DNA of 64,000 bases from Ruditapes philippinarum (taxonomy: Eukaryota), in NCBI RefSeq assembly GCF_026571515.1, contig NW_026857081.1, positions 1 through 64,000 of the forward strand. The letters run 5' to 3'. The translations under genes were made by a program, and so were the position numbers. Positions 27,181-42,605 of the stretch are shown piece after piece (positions within the stretch are counted from its first letter, which is position 1; the number at the start of each line of letters is the position of its first letter). The notes beneath the pieces were generated by a model. The model was not told the DNA's origin. It searched no databases and saw only the letters and a list, made by a program, of their open reading frames with translations.

Positions 27181-28884
27181 ATGACGAAACTGTTCAATTA
27201 TATCAAACAATTGTTTCTACACAAGCTTTTTATATACTGTTGTGTTTACCAGATTACGTATTTACAATGTTTTCAATGTGATAAAGAATTTGAAGTAGTT
27301 TGTAGTCATGTGTGTCCTTATCATTGTAGAAAATGTTCGACTGACGATATGTGCTTAACATGTTTATCAGCACATTCAAATTTTACGGATTCTGTTTCGT
27401 TTATATGTTCATCAATTTGCAAGAATTTGTGCATTTTAAATAGAACTTGTTTGAAAGGATGTGATGTGATGCGCGATATAAATCCACATCGTCCTGTTCT
27501 TTGCGCGGTCAAGGAAACATGCTTACAGTGTTTAGAATTGTCAGGGAAGTGTTTGCAATGTAATCCCGGAAGATACGGCAGTCTTTGTGAAAAGAGTTGT
27601 GGACATTGTCAAAGAAATTCTGAAGGACCCGTTGAATGTGATAAAATCAGTGGCAAATGCATCAGTGAATGTGAAGATGAATATTTTGGTCGACGATGTA
27701 ATAAAAAGTGCACGCACTGTGTGTCCGCTTCGCAGCAGCGAAACAGGTGTGAAAAACTAACAGGAAAATGTGTTAACGGCTGTTCGCAAGGCTGGTTTTA
27801 TGAAACATGTAATGAAACATGTAGTAAGATGTGTCTCCACGGAACATGCAATCATAGAAACGGATATTGTGATGTTGGATGTGTAACTGGTTGGTACGGA
27901 AACAAATGCGAAAAAATTTGTAATAAAAACTGTATTCAAGGGTCTTGTGATCAATTTAACGGATATTGTACTAATGGTTGTCTCCCAGGCTGGTTTGGTA
28001 ACAAATGCGAACTGAGTTGCAGCGATGTTTGCCTCAATAATTCATGTGACCAAAATTCTGGAATATGCAAAGAAGGAGAACTTAGTGATTAATGCTTCCG
28101 AGGGATCACTTTGTTTCCAGAATTTAGAACTTTCATGAAAAAAAAAGATTTTTTTTATATAACTTCTCTATTTCTTTATGTATCTACCTCAAACTTCATA
28201 CATACCTCTATTCGAGTTTTCATGTAATTCAATAAAGTAATTTGGTTTTTAGAGGATATTATCAATTATCTGAGAAAATTGGATCTTTCATTATCTGTTG
28301 TATAAACGTAATTTTCTTACTAGGGGAGGCAAACTAAACACATTACTAAGATATAGACAAACTAAAAACTAAAAAGATTTAAGTTCAGTTATGTCATTCA
28401 TTCATTCAATGGCATAATTCAATGACCAATGGCCCTTCAGAATGTTGATGGGGTTCTAACCGGTAGGGGACTTATGGATTGCTTGCAATGCTATGATATT
28501 TGTTTGTTGTACTTGATATTATTTGGACTTTAGTTAAACAGCATATAAGTATTCATATGTAACATTTTCTTTTGCTTCTAAAGATAATGTAGAAGCAAAT
28601 ACCAATAACGGAACAACGACATGTCAGCACATGGAACCAACACTAACTTACAATGTTACAAACACTGGCAATAAGACATCTATCAATTTAAGGCAAGAAC
28701 TAATCTTGATCAAAGAGAAATACAAATTAGGCACTGCGGTCATATCAAAGAAACAGAGCGAGTGAATTGTACGTCAGACACTTCAACTGACAATCATTAT
28801 TATGAAGAAATAAAAGAACGGTCATATATTTGTATAGATGATGACAATGAAATAGTATATTATTATTTACACCCTATCAATTAA
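27181..28884 (+). pseudogene. EGF-repeat receptor C: ectodomain exon truncated at ~28085, TM and IYDEI exons absent, frameshifted last exon 28584-28884
   Basis: The 303-aa ORF is collinear with gene B and stops inside the repeat gtgattaatgcttccgagg. The downstream exon encodes ..TSINLR/(shift)..HYYEEI..IVYYYLHPIN*. Confidence 0.8.
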
Positions 28885-31378
28885 GTTTTTGCATACAACC
28901 TACCTTTTATTAAAGCTCGATACCATGTAATGCAACGTTTGTTATATATTTTTATGTATCAAAATAAGATATTATATTATATAGATTTATATAGTTTTAC
29001 GTTTGTTTATCTTCTACATATCAGGCTTTATTGATGAAAATGGACTTTTTCATGGTGTGAACGATTACGATTTGTTCGAATAAGGAAACAAGCAAAAGGA
29101 TACCATCTGTATGGAATAGTCGGAAATACTTTCATCGTGCGTGCGATCAAAATTTACATTCAGCTTTAAAAAAAAAACAGTTTATCCGAAAAATATAAAA
29201 ACCCTGATCCTGATAAAAATAACAATTGATTACTTTTGAATAATGTCTGGACGCCAGTTGCTGTATTGTACAATAGTAAAATAATAAAGTGTAAAATAGT
29301 ATTACTGGTCGTTCTCGTATTTTCAATTTATTTTTTTCGAGATATTGTCAATAAATATTTAAAAAAAATATTTAGACTTGTTCTACACGATTGAGCCAAC
29401 TCAAGTAATGTGAACTTAACATGAATTCAAATTTCCAGTTTGAGTTATGCATTTCTTCAAATCTGAAATGACAAACAATACTTTTACTTTATGATCACAC
29501 TTCCACATCTGAAATAATACGTTTAGGGAAATGAAGAGTTCCATAAAAATACAAATGACAAGTCGATGTAAGATGGAAATCTGAACTGATGGAAATCTAA
29601 ACTTTCGGACGCTGAACTTCAAATAGAAATCAAGCAAAATACAGAACAATAGTTTCATGTTTAAAATTTGTCTTACGAAAATGATACGATTCAATTCTGG
29701 AACCTTTGAAAACTATAAACCTCGGGGATCAAGTTAACAAACAAATTCGATATTGATTTGAAGTTACAAACATAAAAACACGTCATATATTGACTACAAA
29801 CGCTTTGCAGGTGTTCATCGCATCTGTAAACGGTTTATATGCCTCTTCGACAACACGCCTGCCATCTTAACATTCCGCAAAATGTAAATATAAAGATTAA
29901 CGAGGCAGAGCAACACAGACCATTTTATATTTCATTACGACAACACTAAGTACATATTTGGCAATGCTACAAGTCAGAAAAGTATCTCAAGTTTGAAACA
30001 CTGCTATGCCGTATCTCTACAGAATTATTCAATATTTCCCAAATATTTGCTTTGTGAACAAGTTATTTTTGGCTTTTAAACGGAAATCCAATATTTAGTT
30101 TTAATAAAACGTACAATATGATACTGTGTTTTTATCAATAGTGCAGCATATATTCATTTCTTTGTTTGCCATGATAATTAACATATATACGTTATTTATG
30201 ATTTTAAGATCTTAAAGAGAAAAGAGAAGAATAAACCTTATGGAATCAATAATAAACAAGATTATATAATAAGAAAATACTCGGATGATGAAAGACCAAA
30301 AGATAATAAGATATACTAAACAAACCACTGTGGCATAAAAGGCAAGCATTTATCGGGAAAAAAACTCATTCTTGGTTATTTTGGAGTATGTAAAAGTAAG
30401 TGACTTTATATGGAGAATTTCTGTAATGAAAGAACAATATGAAATATAATAAACCTGGAAAAGGTGATCCTTCGGGAACATTAATTTCAACAAAATTACA
30501 TGAAAATTGCAGACTTGGTTTGATTGAGTCTGTACATGACAGATAATGAAAGAATGCAACATCCCTCTTGTCCCCAAGTACCGGCTTTAGCGGTTTTTAA
30601 TTTTCAAAACTTAAAAGTGCTGGAACCAATAATCTCGTACGTCCAGATAAATATAACAAACTGAAGTGAAGTACGGGACAACCTTTTATAGTTGCCTAGC
30701 AATTGAATAAAGTTAGCTAAAATGTAACAATTTGATAAATATACAACTTATTTTTATTGCTCTAAACGTCATCATGTGCGTGTTGTAAAGATAGAACTTA
30801 TTATTCATGGAGTAAAACATTGCAAAGCTGTTTGATAGTGATAAAAAAGGGAGACAATATATAGAAGTTTAAATCCGAAGCAATCAATGGCTTCCTCCAA
30901 TGATACTGTTTGTGCTTCTTTTTTTTACATTTTCATTAACGATTGAGGCAAACAAATCATACAGTTAGTTTTCTAACAGCCATGTAAAATCATGAATTAA
31001 TGCATTTATCCATTGTACACTTAATAATAATAATGATAATAATAATGATTCAATTTATTGACCTAATGGTCAAATTTGCGTTTATTACTTACAAGACAAT
31101 TTACATATGACACGCAAATGGTGTTGTTTTATCTTCTAGTAACCACTAAATGTATCTCATCGAAAACTCTCCCAATAAGGTTCTTTTAAGGTATGAATTT
31201 TTAAAATAATGCATTACTAAAACAGTATATTATTGTCACCAGCACACTTAATATTTATTCATCGATGAAATCATATTACCATTATGCTTTTTGTTGTAAA
31301 GTGTTATCATATCATATCTACATGTGGATTGTCACACTTAATGATTAAGCAGGAAAGATAAGCACAATTTACAATTAT

Positions 31379-34300
31379 TTAATTCACTGCGTGTAGATAA
31401 AGCACGTCGTCATGATGTTTATTTGTTACTAATTCTTCACTTTGATCGGTTGAAGCGTCTAAAGTAGATTCCATGTGATATTCGTTTTCGCTGTCCTTTG
31501 ATGATGAATATTTAGATTGTTTTAATGAGTATTGACCTACATTTTCTACATCGTCATCGCTGTTTCCGGCCAATTTATTATCTTCCCCATCCTTTGATCC
31601 ACATGAAGTGTCAGAGTTTAGGCGTGACGTTGAGACTCTGGTTTCATAAGTTCTCAGGCTAAGATAAGAATTTTCTCTCGCAAGTCCTTGCTTTGTGGTA
31701 TTGTATTCCGCGTATGCATCACTATATACCGTGACATCAAATGGTAGCATGACTAAACTTTCTTCAGATCTGTCTTTCGCTTGTGTTTCTTCTTGAATTC
31801 CTCCTAATAAATGCGAGGAGGGGCCTCCAAATTTTGTAGCACACGTTGGTTGAGAGTCAGTATCTATCATAAAAAATAACACTATAAAATGTGTCAGCTG
31901 ATCGAACACTGAATTTCCATTACATAATAAACATTATTCCTTAAAGCTACATTACATAAATATGTAAAAATATTTTTGCCATCGGCCTAAAAACCAAGCA
32001 TTCTACAGTTTCATTAACCTTTTTAACAATATCGTTATAAATTTCATCAAATACTGTTCATAAATTAGGATTTTAAATGGAAAACCCCACGTTAACACTT
32101 AAAGTCGTATACGAATTTTAACATGCAAATGAAGACAATAATCAGCTCGTGTATGCGCTACGTCACGGTGTTATAGTTGCTATCCATCGATCCGGAACAC
32201 AGAAAATATAAGATTTTCTTGTGCAAACACAATTTAACCGTTCAAGTTTCACGGTGCACTAGGCCTAGGGTTCAGTAAAAATAATCATCTTATAAAAAAG
32301 ATGAAATTTTTATTTAAATATCCGTTACAATGCGGAAATATACCGTTAAATAAGGACTGCTAGTTATAGTCATGTTTGTTGATTTAACATTGATGTACGG
32401 ATGATCTGAAGGCGGAGTTTCTCATGCAAACAAAATTTTGTACTTCCGAATTCGCCACAATGAGGTTGCACATTTGTATGCTCATAAAACTCATTTTGGT
32501 TGTCTGGAAACCAAAATAAGACCTGGAGTCGATATGAAATGTCGCTATTTCTGTTTTTATGAAATTTATTAAATGTAACTTTAAGTTATTAAATAAAAAT
32601 GATAAAAGTAAAACTCTTGGTATTTTTCCTTCTGATCTGGCTATATTACTTTCATACGTGTAAGTGACTTCTATACACATTAGCACGAATGTATTCTTGT
32701 GTTTTACTTAATTTCAAAATCAAGACAGAGCTTCATTTGGCACAGGTAACTTTCAGTTCCATTTTTTGGAACACATAAATGGAGAAATGAGACTACAGAT
32801 CACAATGTGAAGTAAGACTTAAATTCGGTGCACTTTGAAACAATCATAACGATTGCCGTTATTGTTAAGAATTTTAAAATATAATATTACATTTCGTTAA
32901 GCTCTTAACTCTTAGTATAAATCCATTTCTAAATTGCACGGGTGGTGTGTTTTTTCGATTTTCGTACCATTATATATTTCCTTGCTATATTTACACATAT
33001 ATGATAAAAATGAATAAATATTAAGCTTCATCATAAGATAATAAATGTAATAATTCAATACCATTTAAATCTTTAATTTCATCATAAATTGATTCTTCTC
33101 TAGTGTTTTTCTTCATTTCCGACAAGACAATCTCCCTACCGATGTTTTCGTTTCTGTACACAACAACCCTACAATTACAATTTATATTTATAAATATACT
33201 TCTGCTCTTACAAAAATATCAATTATTATAAAGATAGAAATAGCAGAAAAAAACAAAAATTGTATTGGGCTGTTTTTCAGTGTGTGTGGGGGGAGGGGGG
33301 GTTAGAAAAAGTGCCAAAAAAGAAAATCTCAATATTTTATACCTTGCTTTCAATGAAATATTTTATTTCTGGTAAAATAATAGAATATTTATTTGAACCG
33401 TAACAATTTTCGAAAATTTCAACAGACAATTTGCCAAAATAATAGCAAATTAACAAAATCAAGTAAAATGATTTCTGCGATTAATTATCGTGGAACAACT
33501 TACCTCCAGATTGTGTAATATCTTACCTATGACGGACGATTAGAATACAAAGGAAACATAACAGTATAGAAAACACGCTTAATAGACAAATCACCATAAT
33601 ATTGTCCATAGAAAATATGATCGTTGTGGAAACTAAAAAAAGATAAACAACAGCTTATGTAATGATATGTATATAGGTACAAGTTTCTGTCTTCATTATA
33701 ATTTTTAATAGCATAAATTATGTCAAGTTTAATGGAAAAAGTATAATAATTCAATAAAGTAAAACCTCGTTCAAATCGTTTGTATTTGTATTTCAATAAT
33801 TTCACCTTGTGCATTATAAAGTTTGGTCAATTTACTAAGCATGAATAATTAATGTACAATATTAATCAAGGATTGTATATACATGTAATTCTTACTTTCA
33901 TAACTTTTCGTGACACCGTTTCCAAACCGCGAATCACATGAAAGACAGGCGGTTGTGTAGTTTTCACATGAAGCTTCTAAGCGTGTTTCACTACAGTTCC
34001 CCTCGCAGTTTTCACCATAGTACCCTTCAATGCAGCCTCTGTCACAAACTCCAGCCATCTGTTCACAAGATATATTAAAACAAGTTCTACTACATGATGT
34101 GTTGCATAACTGGCCAAACCAACCAGCAACGCAGCCGAACAGGCACTTACCACTACTTTGATCACATGTTTTCTTCTCGCATGTGTTACTACATGTTTTA
34201 TTACAAAATATACCGTATTTACCTGGTACACATCCATTTACACAATGCTGTGTAGTTTGCTCGCACGTGCGATTTAAGCACGTGCTGTTACAAATATTAT

Positions 34301-35186
34301 TACAACTGTTCCCGAACCAGCCATTTAAACATCCATTTTTACAGTGCCCTGATATTTGATGACATGTGTTGCCAATGCAAGTCGTGCTACATACCCTCTT
34401 ACAATTGTTTCCATACCGACCAGGAATACAACCCTTTAAACAAAGTCCGGTTTTCTGGTCACATGCTTTGTTAGCACACGTTTCACTACATTTGCTTTCA
34501 CATGTATCTCCATACCAGCCTGGCATGCAGTCATTGCAGGTTCCGGAGCTTTGGTTGCAATAATTATTTAAACATGTTTTGCTGCAGATGCTTTGGCATT
34601 TTTCATTATATCTACCAGCTACACATCCAAATATACACTTTCCAGAATGTCTTTCACATTTTCTACTATTTGAATGCGAATTAAAACAATATTGACTACA
34701 CTTCTTATCGCAACGGTTGCCGTAAAATCCATCTAAACAATCACCTTGACAATGCCCGGTGACAATATTACACGTTACGATTTCATCTTCATTAGGACGG
34801 CAATTTCCGCACTTTTTGTCACAGTGAGTTAAGTTACCGTACAAATTATTTGTGCACTTCTCGCATTGGCCTCCCGAAATTTGAACACATTCCGCGCAAA
34901 CACGAAATGGGGGACAGTAGATACAACAGTTATTGCCCTCTTTGCCTCTGTAACATCCTCTTAAATTTGTTCCATTAGAAATAAACAACATATCACAACC
35001 AACTTTACATATTGACCTACACGTGCTATTCGAGAGCTCGTTCTCACATTCTAAGCACGAATAAAGTAAAGAGCATTTTGCACACCGTTCTGGACACAGA
35101 TGAAAGTCGACCGTTCCAAAATAAATGTCATTACAAATGTAGCATGATACCAATGGTAAACATAAAAGAAGTTTTACACCCGCCAT
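31379..35186 (-). CDS. EGF-repeat single-pass receptor D; exons 35186-33896, 33632-33527, 33153-33062, 31863-31379
   Basis: Signal MAGVKLLLCLPLVSC, EGF array in one exon, TM IMVICLLSVFSILLCFLCILIV, ESIYDEI exon, and last exon with SYLSL, GQYSL and LYLHAVN*. Phases 1,2,1. Confidence 0.88.
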
Positions 35187-38100
35187 AATCCGAAATAGAT
35201 TGTAGTTCAAGAATCAACTGTCATACTTCTGATGAAAAAATACCTCTGCAAAATGACGTTTCATATTATTTTCAAAATCAAAAGATATACAAAACATTAT
35301 ACAATGTCGTCGTTGTAAAATCATCGATACTTCTTAGATTAAAATTCTTTTTATTCTTTTATACTGAAAATAAAAGCAGATTTGACTGAAATTTAGAGAT
35401 CTATGTCCTAAACATAAGATTTTTCATGCAAATTCCTAGTAGAAAAGTACCTGCCAGATTACGTGGTTTGTTAAGATATAAATGTGTCTTACAGATCTCA
35501 TAAATATAAAATTCAGCATATACATGTGTGATTTCATGGTAAGTGTATATAACGTATTTAATCAAAGAAAAGATTACTAACCTTTTCAAAATAGTTAAAA
35601 TCTGGAAAAAAGTGTGATCCCTCAGGTACATTAATCACAACAAAATTACATGAAAACTGCTGACTCGGTTTTATTGGGTCTGTCTTTTCAAAACAATAAC
35701 TCAATAGAATCACTTAAAACATGTTTTTTATGTACATAATAGTACAGTTTTATACTAACGAACAATAAAGGTAAGTATGATGTTGTAGCTTTTCTACAAT
35801 CAAGATCAAAGTTCAGTATTAAAACTAAATGAATCGTGACATTTGCTATGCTTTACATAGTCTGATATCCCGCATCATACAAATACGGACTTTAAGATGG
35901 TGACATTGTTTAATATGAACTGAAAAGAAAACACTCTGAGAGTGACATTTTAAATCAATATATAGACTTACTCTAAAGGATTATATGTCATATCAAATAA
36001 TGTGCTTTGTGAAGGCATATTTAAGTTTTAACCTTTCGACAGCATTGTTTGGTTGTATATCGTAGTTTCTAGATTCAAAAGATGTACATGTATTTTTTAA
36101 AATATTTTACTATGTACATCGTCAACTTTGACGGTTCAATTAACATGTTATGAGAGATATTTTCTGTTACATAATGGCATAAGTTGAATCATTTACAAAT
36201 CTCAAAAATGTATGTTATCTTTTGTTTTGATTTTCAGTTCTTTATCATCTCAGTCCGAATAGACAGAGACCAGGAACGAGAAACGTGTAATGAAATAATG
36301 GACCTTTTCTGTTTAAGCACCCGCTTTAATAGCTAAATCAATTGCTCACAAATAGTGTTACAGTCAATAAGTGAACATTTATAACACAAGTGAGGCAAGT
36401 GAATCGCTAATCAGTCAATAAACATAACAATGCATATAAACACTGGAAATGTCCATTCTTTATCATACATGTATTTATATAAGGCGTTTCCATTATTTTA
36501 TAATCTATTATGAAAGTATGTAATTAATATATATAGTTATACGACAATTCCTCCATCACAGCAAAGCTATTCAAAAAGTGTGTTTTACGTCTGTACGAAG
36601 GCAGTAAAAGGACACCTTTTGACATGCAAGATTTGTTTCTAAAAGTCTTGTGTTACCGTTCTTTTACTCACTCGTAAGGAACATTTGGCGCCATTCAACA
36701 TTGATTTTGTCACATGCTTATCTGAATCCTTGTGAGAATCAGCATATAAAAAACGCGATGATTAAACCTTAAAACTCTGCATGTTTCTTGAAATATTGTT
36801 ATTTATTTACAATACCTGTGACGAAAGCGACAATTCTTCGAAGGGGAATGTTAAATATCGCTACTTATCTTGCGTTCGACTATTTTCAGTGCTTGGTAGT
36901 AAAACTAGGTCCTGGATAATATAGCATTTTTATAACATCGAAAAGGTCCATAGTTTGTCAAAATCCACATTAAAGTGAGGGTCTTGGATAGTGACCTCGT
37001 ATTATTTTCACAAATAAGAGTGTAAAGTTTCAACCTATTCCCATTACCAACAAAGTAAATACTTAACCCAAGTGTGACCCTTAAACCGCCACGTGGGTGA
37101 GTACAATAGTTCTACCATTTTTTCTAACAGTCGAGCTAAAGCTCAATCTTAACAGGCGACATTTTATATGACTCAAACAGGACACCTTAGAAGCGGACGG
37201 AAAGTTGTAGCGAACCAGATAGCGCAACTCAGGATTAAATTCAGTTAATCGGTAAAGAATTAAATAAATTGAATGGCCGTTTCCAGGAACGACGTAGCTT
37301 ATTATTTTAGCATTGATTGGTTTTTGATTTGTTTATTGTTGATGTTGTTTTTGACGACACTAACAGTTGTCCGTTGAAAAATACAGAAACTCTATCTTTT
37401 CTTGTTTATTGTCGAACATTCTATCAGAAAAAAACAACAACAAAACAATAACATGACATTCACTGTCCCTTTACTACTACTACTACAACAGCAACAAAAT
37501 AATAAAAAAATCAATGACCATTGCGTTAAAAATACGAATAAGGAAAATAACCTTATTTCCGTTCCAAAAGTTATCCATATTACATTGACACAATACATGT
37601 TAAGTGTCTGTTTCAATGTTGAACGACAAAATATGACTCTCTAGATACTGGAGGCAGCCATTATAACATTGATAATGAATGAAAGTGAATTCTGTCCGAT
37701 TAAAATAAGTGCACTAGAATTCCATGCAAATACAATTTGTCTACACATTGCACTGCCTAAGCTTATAGGCCATGTAAATATTTTCAATAGTTTTATATTT
37801 TCAAATGGACATACTTTATTTTCCAGTAGATAACGTCAGATACACTTACTCCTATTTTCTTTTAAAGCGTCTTCTAACAGACAGTTCGCCAGGATAAACA
37901 ACAAATTGTCCCAGGCGAAGTCGAGGATAAATTTTTGTTTGTCCTAATGAATTCCTACTGTACTGTACCATTACAAAATTTAACACTTCCAGTTATGGTA
38001 TATATGCAGTTGAAGACGATAATGTTTACATTATTCAGTCATATCATGATATAATTGGTTGTGCAGGTTATTCAGTTATTATATTATGCATTTTTATTGC

Positions 38101-40559
38101 AATATAAAATAATCAAACTGTATATGAACATGTCATCCTGAAAAGCGCAATGGTTAATAAGTTCAGATTACGAAGCACTCAGGTGATGATCATGGTTTTT
38201 CGAGTTCAAATTTGCAATTGAAAAAAAAAGTTGTTTCTGGTGAGCGATTCAGGGCCATCATGGCCCTCTTGTTGACAATTTCGGCTCATTTGTATACATC
38301 TTTTTTCTTTTATTGCTATATATTCGCTAATTATCGACTGTGTTGTCTGCTGAATGCGAATTTGTGTGAAATTCACGAGGAAGTGAAATCCTGTTAATTG
38401 AAAAATATCTCAAAACAAACAATTAAAAGGAAATTAAAAAAAACCTTTTCATGATTCGAACCAGTATCTCTACACTTACGGAGCGAATTCTCTACCACTA
38501 CGCTATTACGCTGAAAGGGTTTAGGTGACGATAAATAGTATGCTTTTATATAAGAATTATCGTCACCTCTTTTGTCAATATTGATGTAAACATATAATGA
38601 AAGGAATAGCGAATTCGAGCTGTACTCAAATAAAAAAGAAAAATTGTGAAATATTTACCATATAATTACTAGGTATTTAAAGTACGAGTATATCCTACGC
38701 TTATATCATTAAACCTTTTATCCGTTTATTTTGACTTCAGTATATTACGTGATATATTTAACATATAAGTTGTAGTTGCGTAACTTCAGTCACTATGAAG
38801 GAGGAAAAAAAAGCGTCTCATGTACAATAAGCCCTGAGACCGCATACATTATAGTACCATAGATAACCATAAAACAATGTTGTAGCAATATACAGTACCC
38901 AGCATACTTGAATAATTATTCTCTATCTATATGCGCACGTACATATAAACTGTTATCTACCAAAGAAGAACGGAAATTTTGCAATTTTGAAATCAATTTT
39001 ATTCTAATTATGTTCTGTTTCAAAGAAAAAAAACTCCAGTAAAATTATGCTTTAGGTGCATTTTAAACAGGTAATTGTGTGGGTCTATTTTTAATATGTA
39101 AAAAATTACTAAAACCATGACTTATGTTTTTTCACAAATTAAAAAATACAAATGAGTATTTACCCACATAGTCATTCAAAAATGAGTATTAGTCATTAAT
39201 GTATTGTGTGACTGAGATCTTAAGTATGAAAGTGGCTTATAACAGCATTGATTTTGGGCTGTTGGTACTGTAGTAATATCCATCGATCATTTCTTGTATT
39301 TTTCGTTTTCGTACAAGACTGGTGTTTTATGACAGACTTTAAACCAAAACATCACATATGCTAACAATATTAAAAAGTAAAAGATTATCAGGAAAGACTT
39401 TTTTAAGTCTATTTAACTGTAAAGAAAACTGGCATGTTTTGACAGGATCGGAAACAGATCATAATGCAGTTGGTATACCTTAATATCCGATATATGATAC
39501 ATTATTTACAGTTCTTAAATAGAAATGCTTTTGTTTTTGTTTAAGTGTTTTATCTTTACTTATAAAGCAATTACTCTTTACTTAAAGCACTGAAAACAGT
39601 TTATATTTTGTTACAAAAGTAGGCACATGTATCCTCGTGCGATGTGAATGTATGTATCTTAAGTAATTCAAAGAACCAGTGTTTTTTTTAGAAATTATTT
39701 AAAGAATGGCTTCATAAACTTAAAATAGATAACACAGGTCTCATTTACTTTGTGTGGCTTAAGAATCGAGTTAAAATAAAATCGACTTAAGCCGATCAAA
39801 TCACATTTTGAATATAATATTTGATTGATTCTTATTTCAACCATGTAACGATATCGTTACCTGTTTTGAACTTCCATATCCGTATGATTGCAACAGTTAA
39901 ACATGATCAGTGACAATATATAGTTCATGTTTCTACATTTTATTCCAGATATGAATTGTCCTACCAAGCTACATAGTAAACATGGTCTTCATTACTCAAG
40001 AGATCTCAACCAAACTTTCAGTGTAATATTTGCAACAGAATTGTGTCCCTTTGTTTTATTCTCACAACTTATACATAGATGCAACTTCTTCCATATTTTT
40101 CAAGGTATTTAAACCAAATCTATATAGAACTCCTCACCAAGTGTTCTGGTGCATTTTGTACGGATTTTTTATATTAATATTTTTGACAGAAAATGGACCT
40201 TTACCCCTTTGTTGTTGTTTTTCAATACGTACGTGTAATGCAATACTCCTCTGCGTATAAAGTCATCTAAATTTCTGAAGGGAACCAAACTTTTATTCTG
40301 TGCTTTGGCATGCTCTGACATTTACTGATGTTATTTTGTGATTTTATTATTTAGACAGAGTTGTGGCAATTTGTCTGTGGTTTTTGTTATCCTTTTTGTC
40401 TTAACATTCACTCGTGCATATTGTCATGTTTGTCCTAACATTTACTCGTGCATATTGTCATGACTTCATGATTGAATCAGTTTTACGAAATAATGGCACT
40501 TTGTTGACGATTCATTGTGAACGACTTTAATAGACATTTATGTTGGTCAAGAATTCTGT

Positions 40560-40810
40560 ATTGTTGACAGATACGGAAGTGGGTCACTTATGCTGAGGGA
40601 AGACATGTGGTAAATAGAGGTACATTGACTGGTCATGCCGGGATATTGAGCGATCAATTCATTTAAATAGGCAATCATGGGCGCGACAACAAGGCTCGGC
40701 TGGTCTAGCACTACCTGCAGAGGAAGTGTGCAACCTATCTCATGGGGGCATGAGAAGGCGTATCAAAACATTTGTCTTTAGCAATGAGTCACACACCTGC
40801 TTCTGAGACT
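40560..40810 (+). mobile_element. Highly degraded Tc1/mariner transposase remnant
   Basis: Conceptual fragments RYGSG.., DNKAR and MRRRIKTFVFSNESHTCF* resemble the Tc1 GGGSVMVWG, DNAR and C-terminal MxxR..A.GGHT.Y motifs. Confidence 0.4.
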
Positions 40811-42605
40811 AACCCTGTGAACAAACCTACATGAAGTTGTCAAAGTAAGTTGTATGTCCAAACATAATGGAAATAGGCGATCTTCCTCTTTTCTCATACA
40901 TTACTTATGCAAATTAATAAAAAAAGGTTAAATTTGTTATCTCAATCAAATTGATAAAACTTTAAACATTAAAAATTATTTGTCCGACGGTATCTTACTA
41001 TTGCCGAAAATATTCACACTTAAACATTAGTAAAAATTGAGTAGCATATTAAAAAAGAAGAATCCAATAGCAGCTGTGTTTGCATTGACCACATTAAACC
41101 GTTATTAAAAAAATTAAGCTTGGTTAAATCTCATGGTACGATAAAAACATGACATTGATGCAAATAACGTAAATGTTACAAAACGATCATTGCTTTTCCA
41201 TGCATTTCAAGTTTGCACATTTGAATTTCTTTCTAGTGAATACATTTTCTACGTTCTTTAAATTTAGAACCAATATCACATGAAATCGCTTGTTTGCCGT
41301 TTATTTATTACATTTTATCTATTTAACATACGTGTTCTTTAACATCGTCGTACAAAGACTTGCGTAAAACATCAAATCAAGTTATTTTTGATAAATCGCA
41401 TGGCATTTAATCGTATGATTAAAAGAATCTCACATTTATTGGCATGTCATTTTAATTCATGAAAATGGTATAAAGCTCGTCACAGACTCGATTGTGGAGG
41501 CCGTAAAAAGTCGCCGCGTACATTCAATCAGGGATGTTATATTTCCGATCCCTTAAAGATCGTTCAGCACGACACAATTGTTGTGCTTGTGGTATTTTAG
41601 TTCTTTCTATTCGGCATCTTTTTTGTTGGGTGGTTCCAGTATTCCTTACTTGAATAATGTTGAATCACCCTTAGGATATGTGGCCTGCTTTTTAAATTTG
41701 TCTTTTGACGTCATATCTGTGATATGCAGGCTTCATAACCTTAGATCCCCTTTCAAAATTCCATTTTATTTAGTTCCGCCCATTGTTTTCTCGTTTAGGG
41801 CACATGCATGTTTTTACTTGGGGACCATATGCCGCTTTTCATGGAATGACACTAATGTGTCACATTGAAGGTTCCATGATAACCGCCATATGAACACATC
41901 TGCGGATGTTTCAAAATTCTAAATTTTATCAGTTCATGATAAATGTTGAATTCTGCTTGAAGCGGTGCTAGGGGCGTGGACGGTAGTTTGCACTTGACAG
42001 TACCGTCCATGAACAGGCTCAATCAAACCGAGCCTGCAACATAAATTTTGCCGTGTTGGGCTTTTTTTTTAGGGATTCTTATATCTCTCTATTTTATTCA
42101 TCACTGACAGGACAATTCATGTTCATTTATATATGTTTAAAATTGTGCGAACATCTAGAAATTCAATATTGTACCAAAGGTTCATGCAAACCTTTGTCTG
42201 CATTCCAAGGCTGTATTTAAAGAACACGTGTTGAATCGTTGTCTCATGTTGAAAACTGCAATGCAAAAGATATTGTATTGACCCCAACCCAACCTAACCG
42301 CCTAATAAGGAATTGTAGAACTCTCGTTAGGGTTTAGTAATTGGAATATAGGTTAAATATTATATGGAAGTTTATGTAAAGATATAATTATCATAATAGA
42401 AAACATTGTGCCTGCCATCTTGCTATTGTTCTCGTGGTGCGGAAGTAAAAGCTTCTGTTAAAAATTGTTTGTTTTTCGCAAGTGTGTGACATTGTGCATG
42501 ACGCATCACAGGAACTGACAAATATATTGTTTTGTTTAAAGTTCTTTTCCCAGACAGTGTTAATCTTTTATTCAAAGTCATTTAAGTTAAGTTGGATATT
42601 AGAAT

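Noticed and set aside
37392-37644. Q/N-rich and poly-Cys ORFs
   Set aside because: Translation of (CAA)/(CTA) microsatellite-like sequence.
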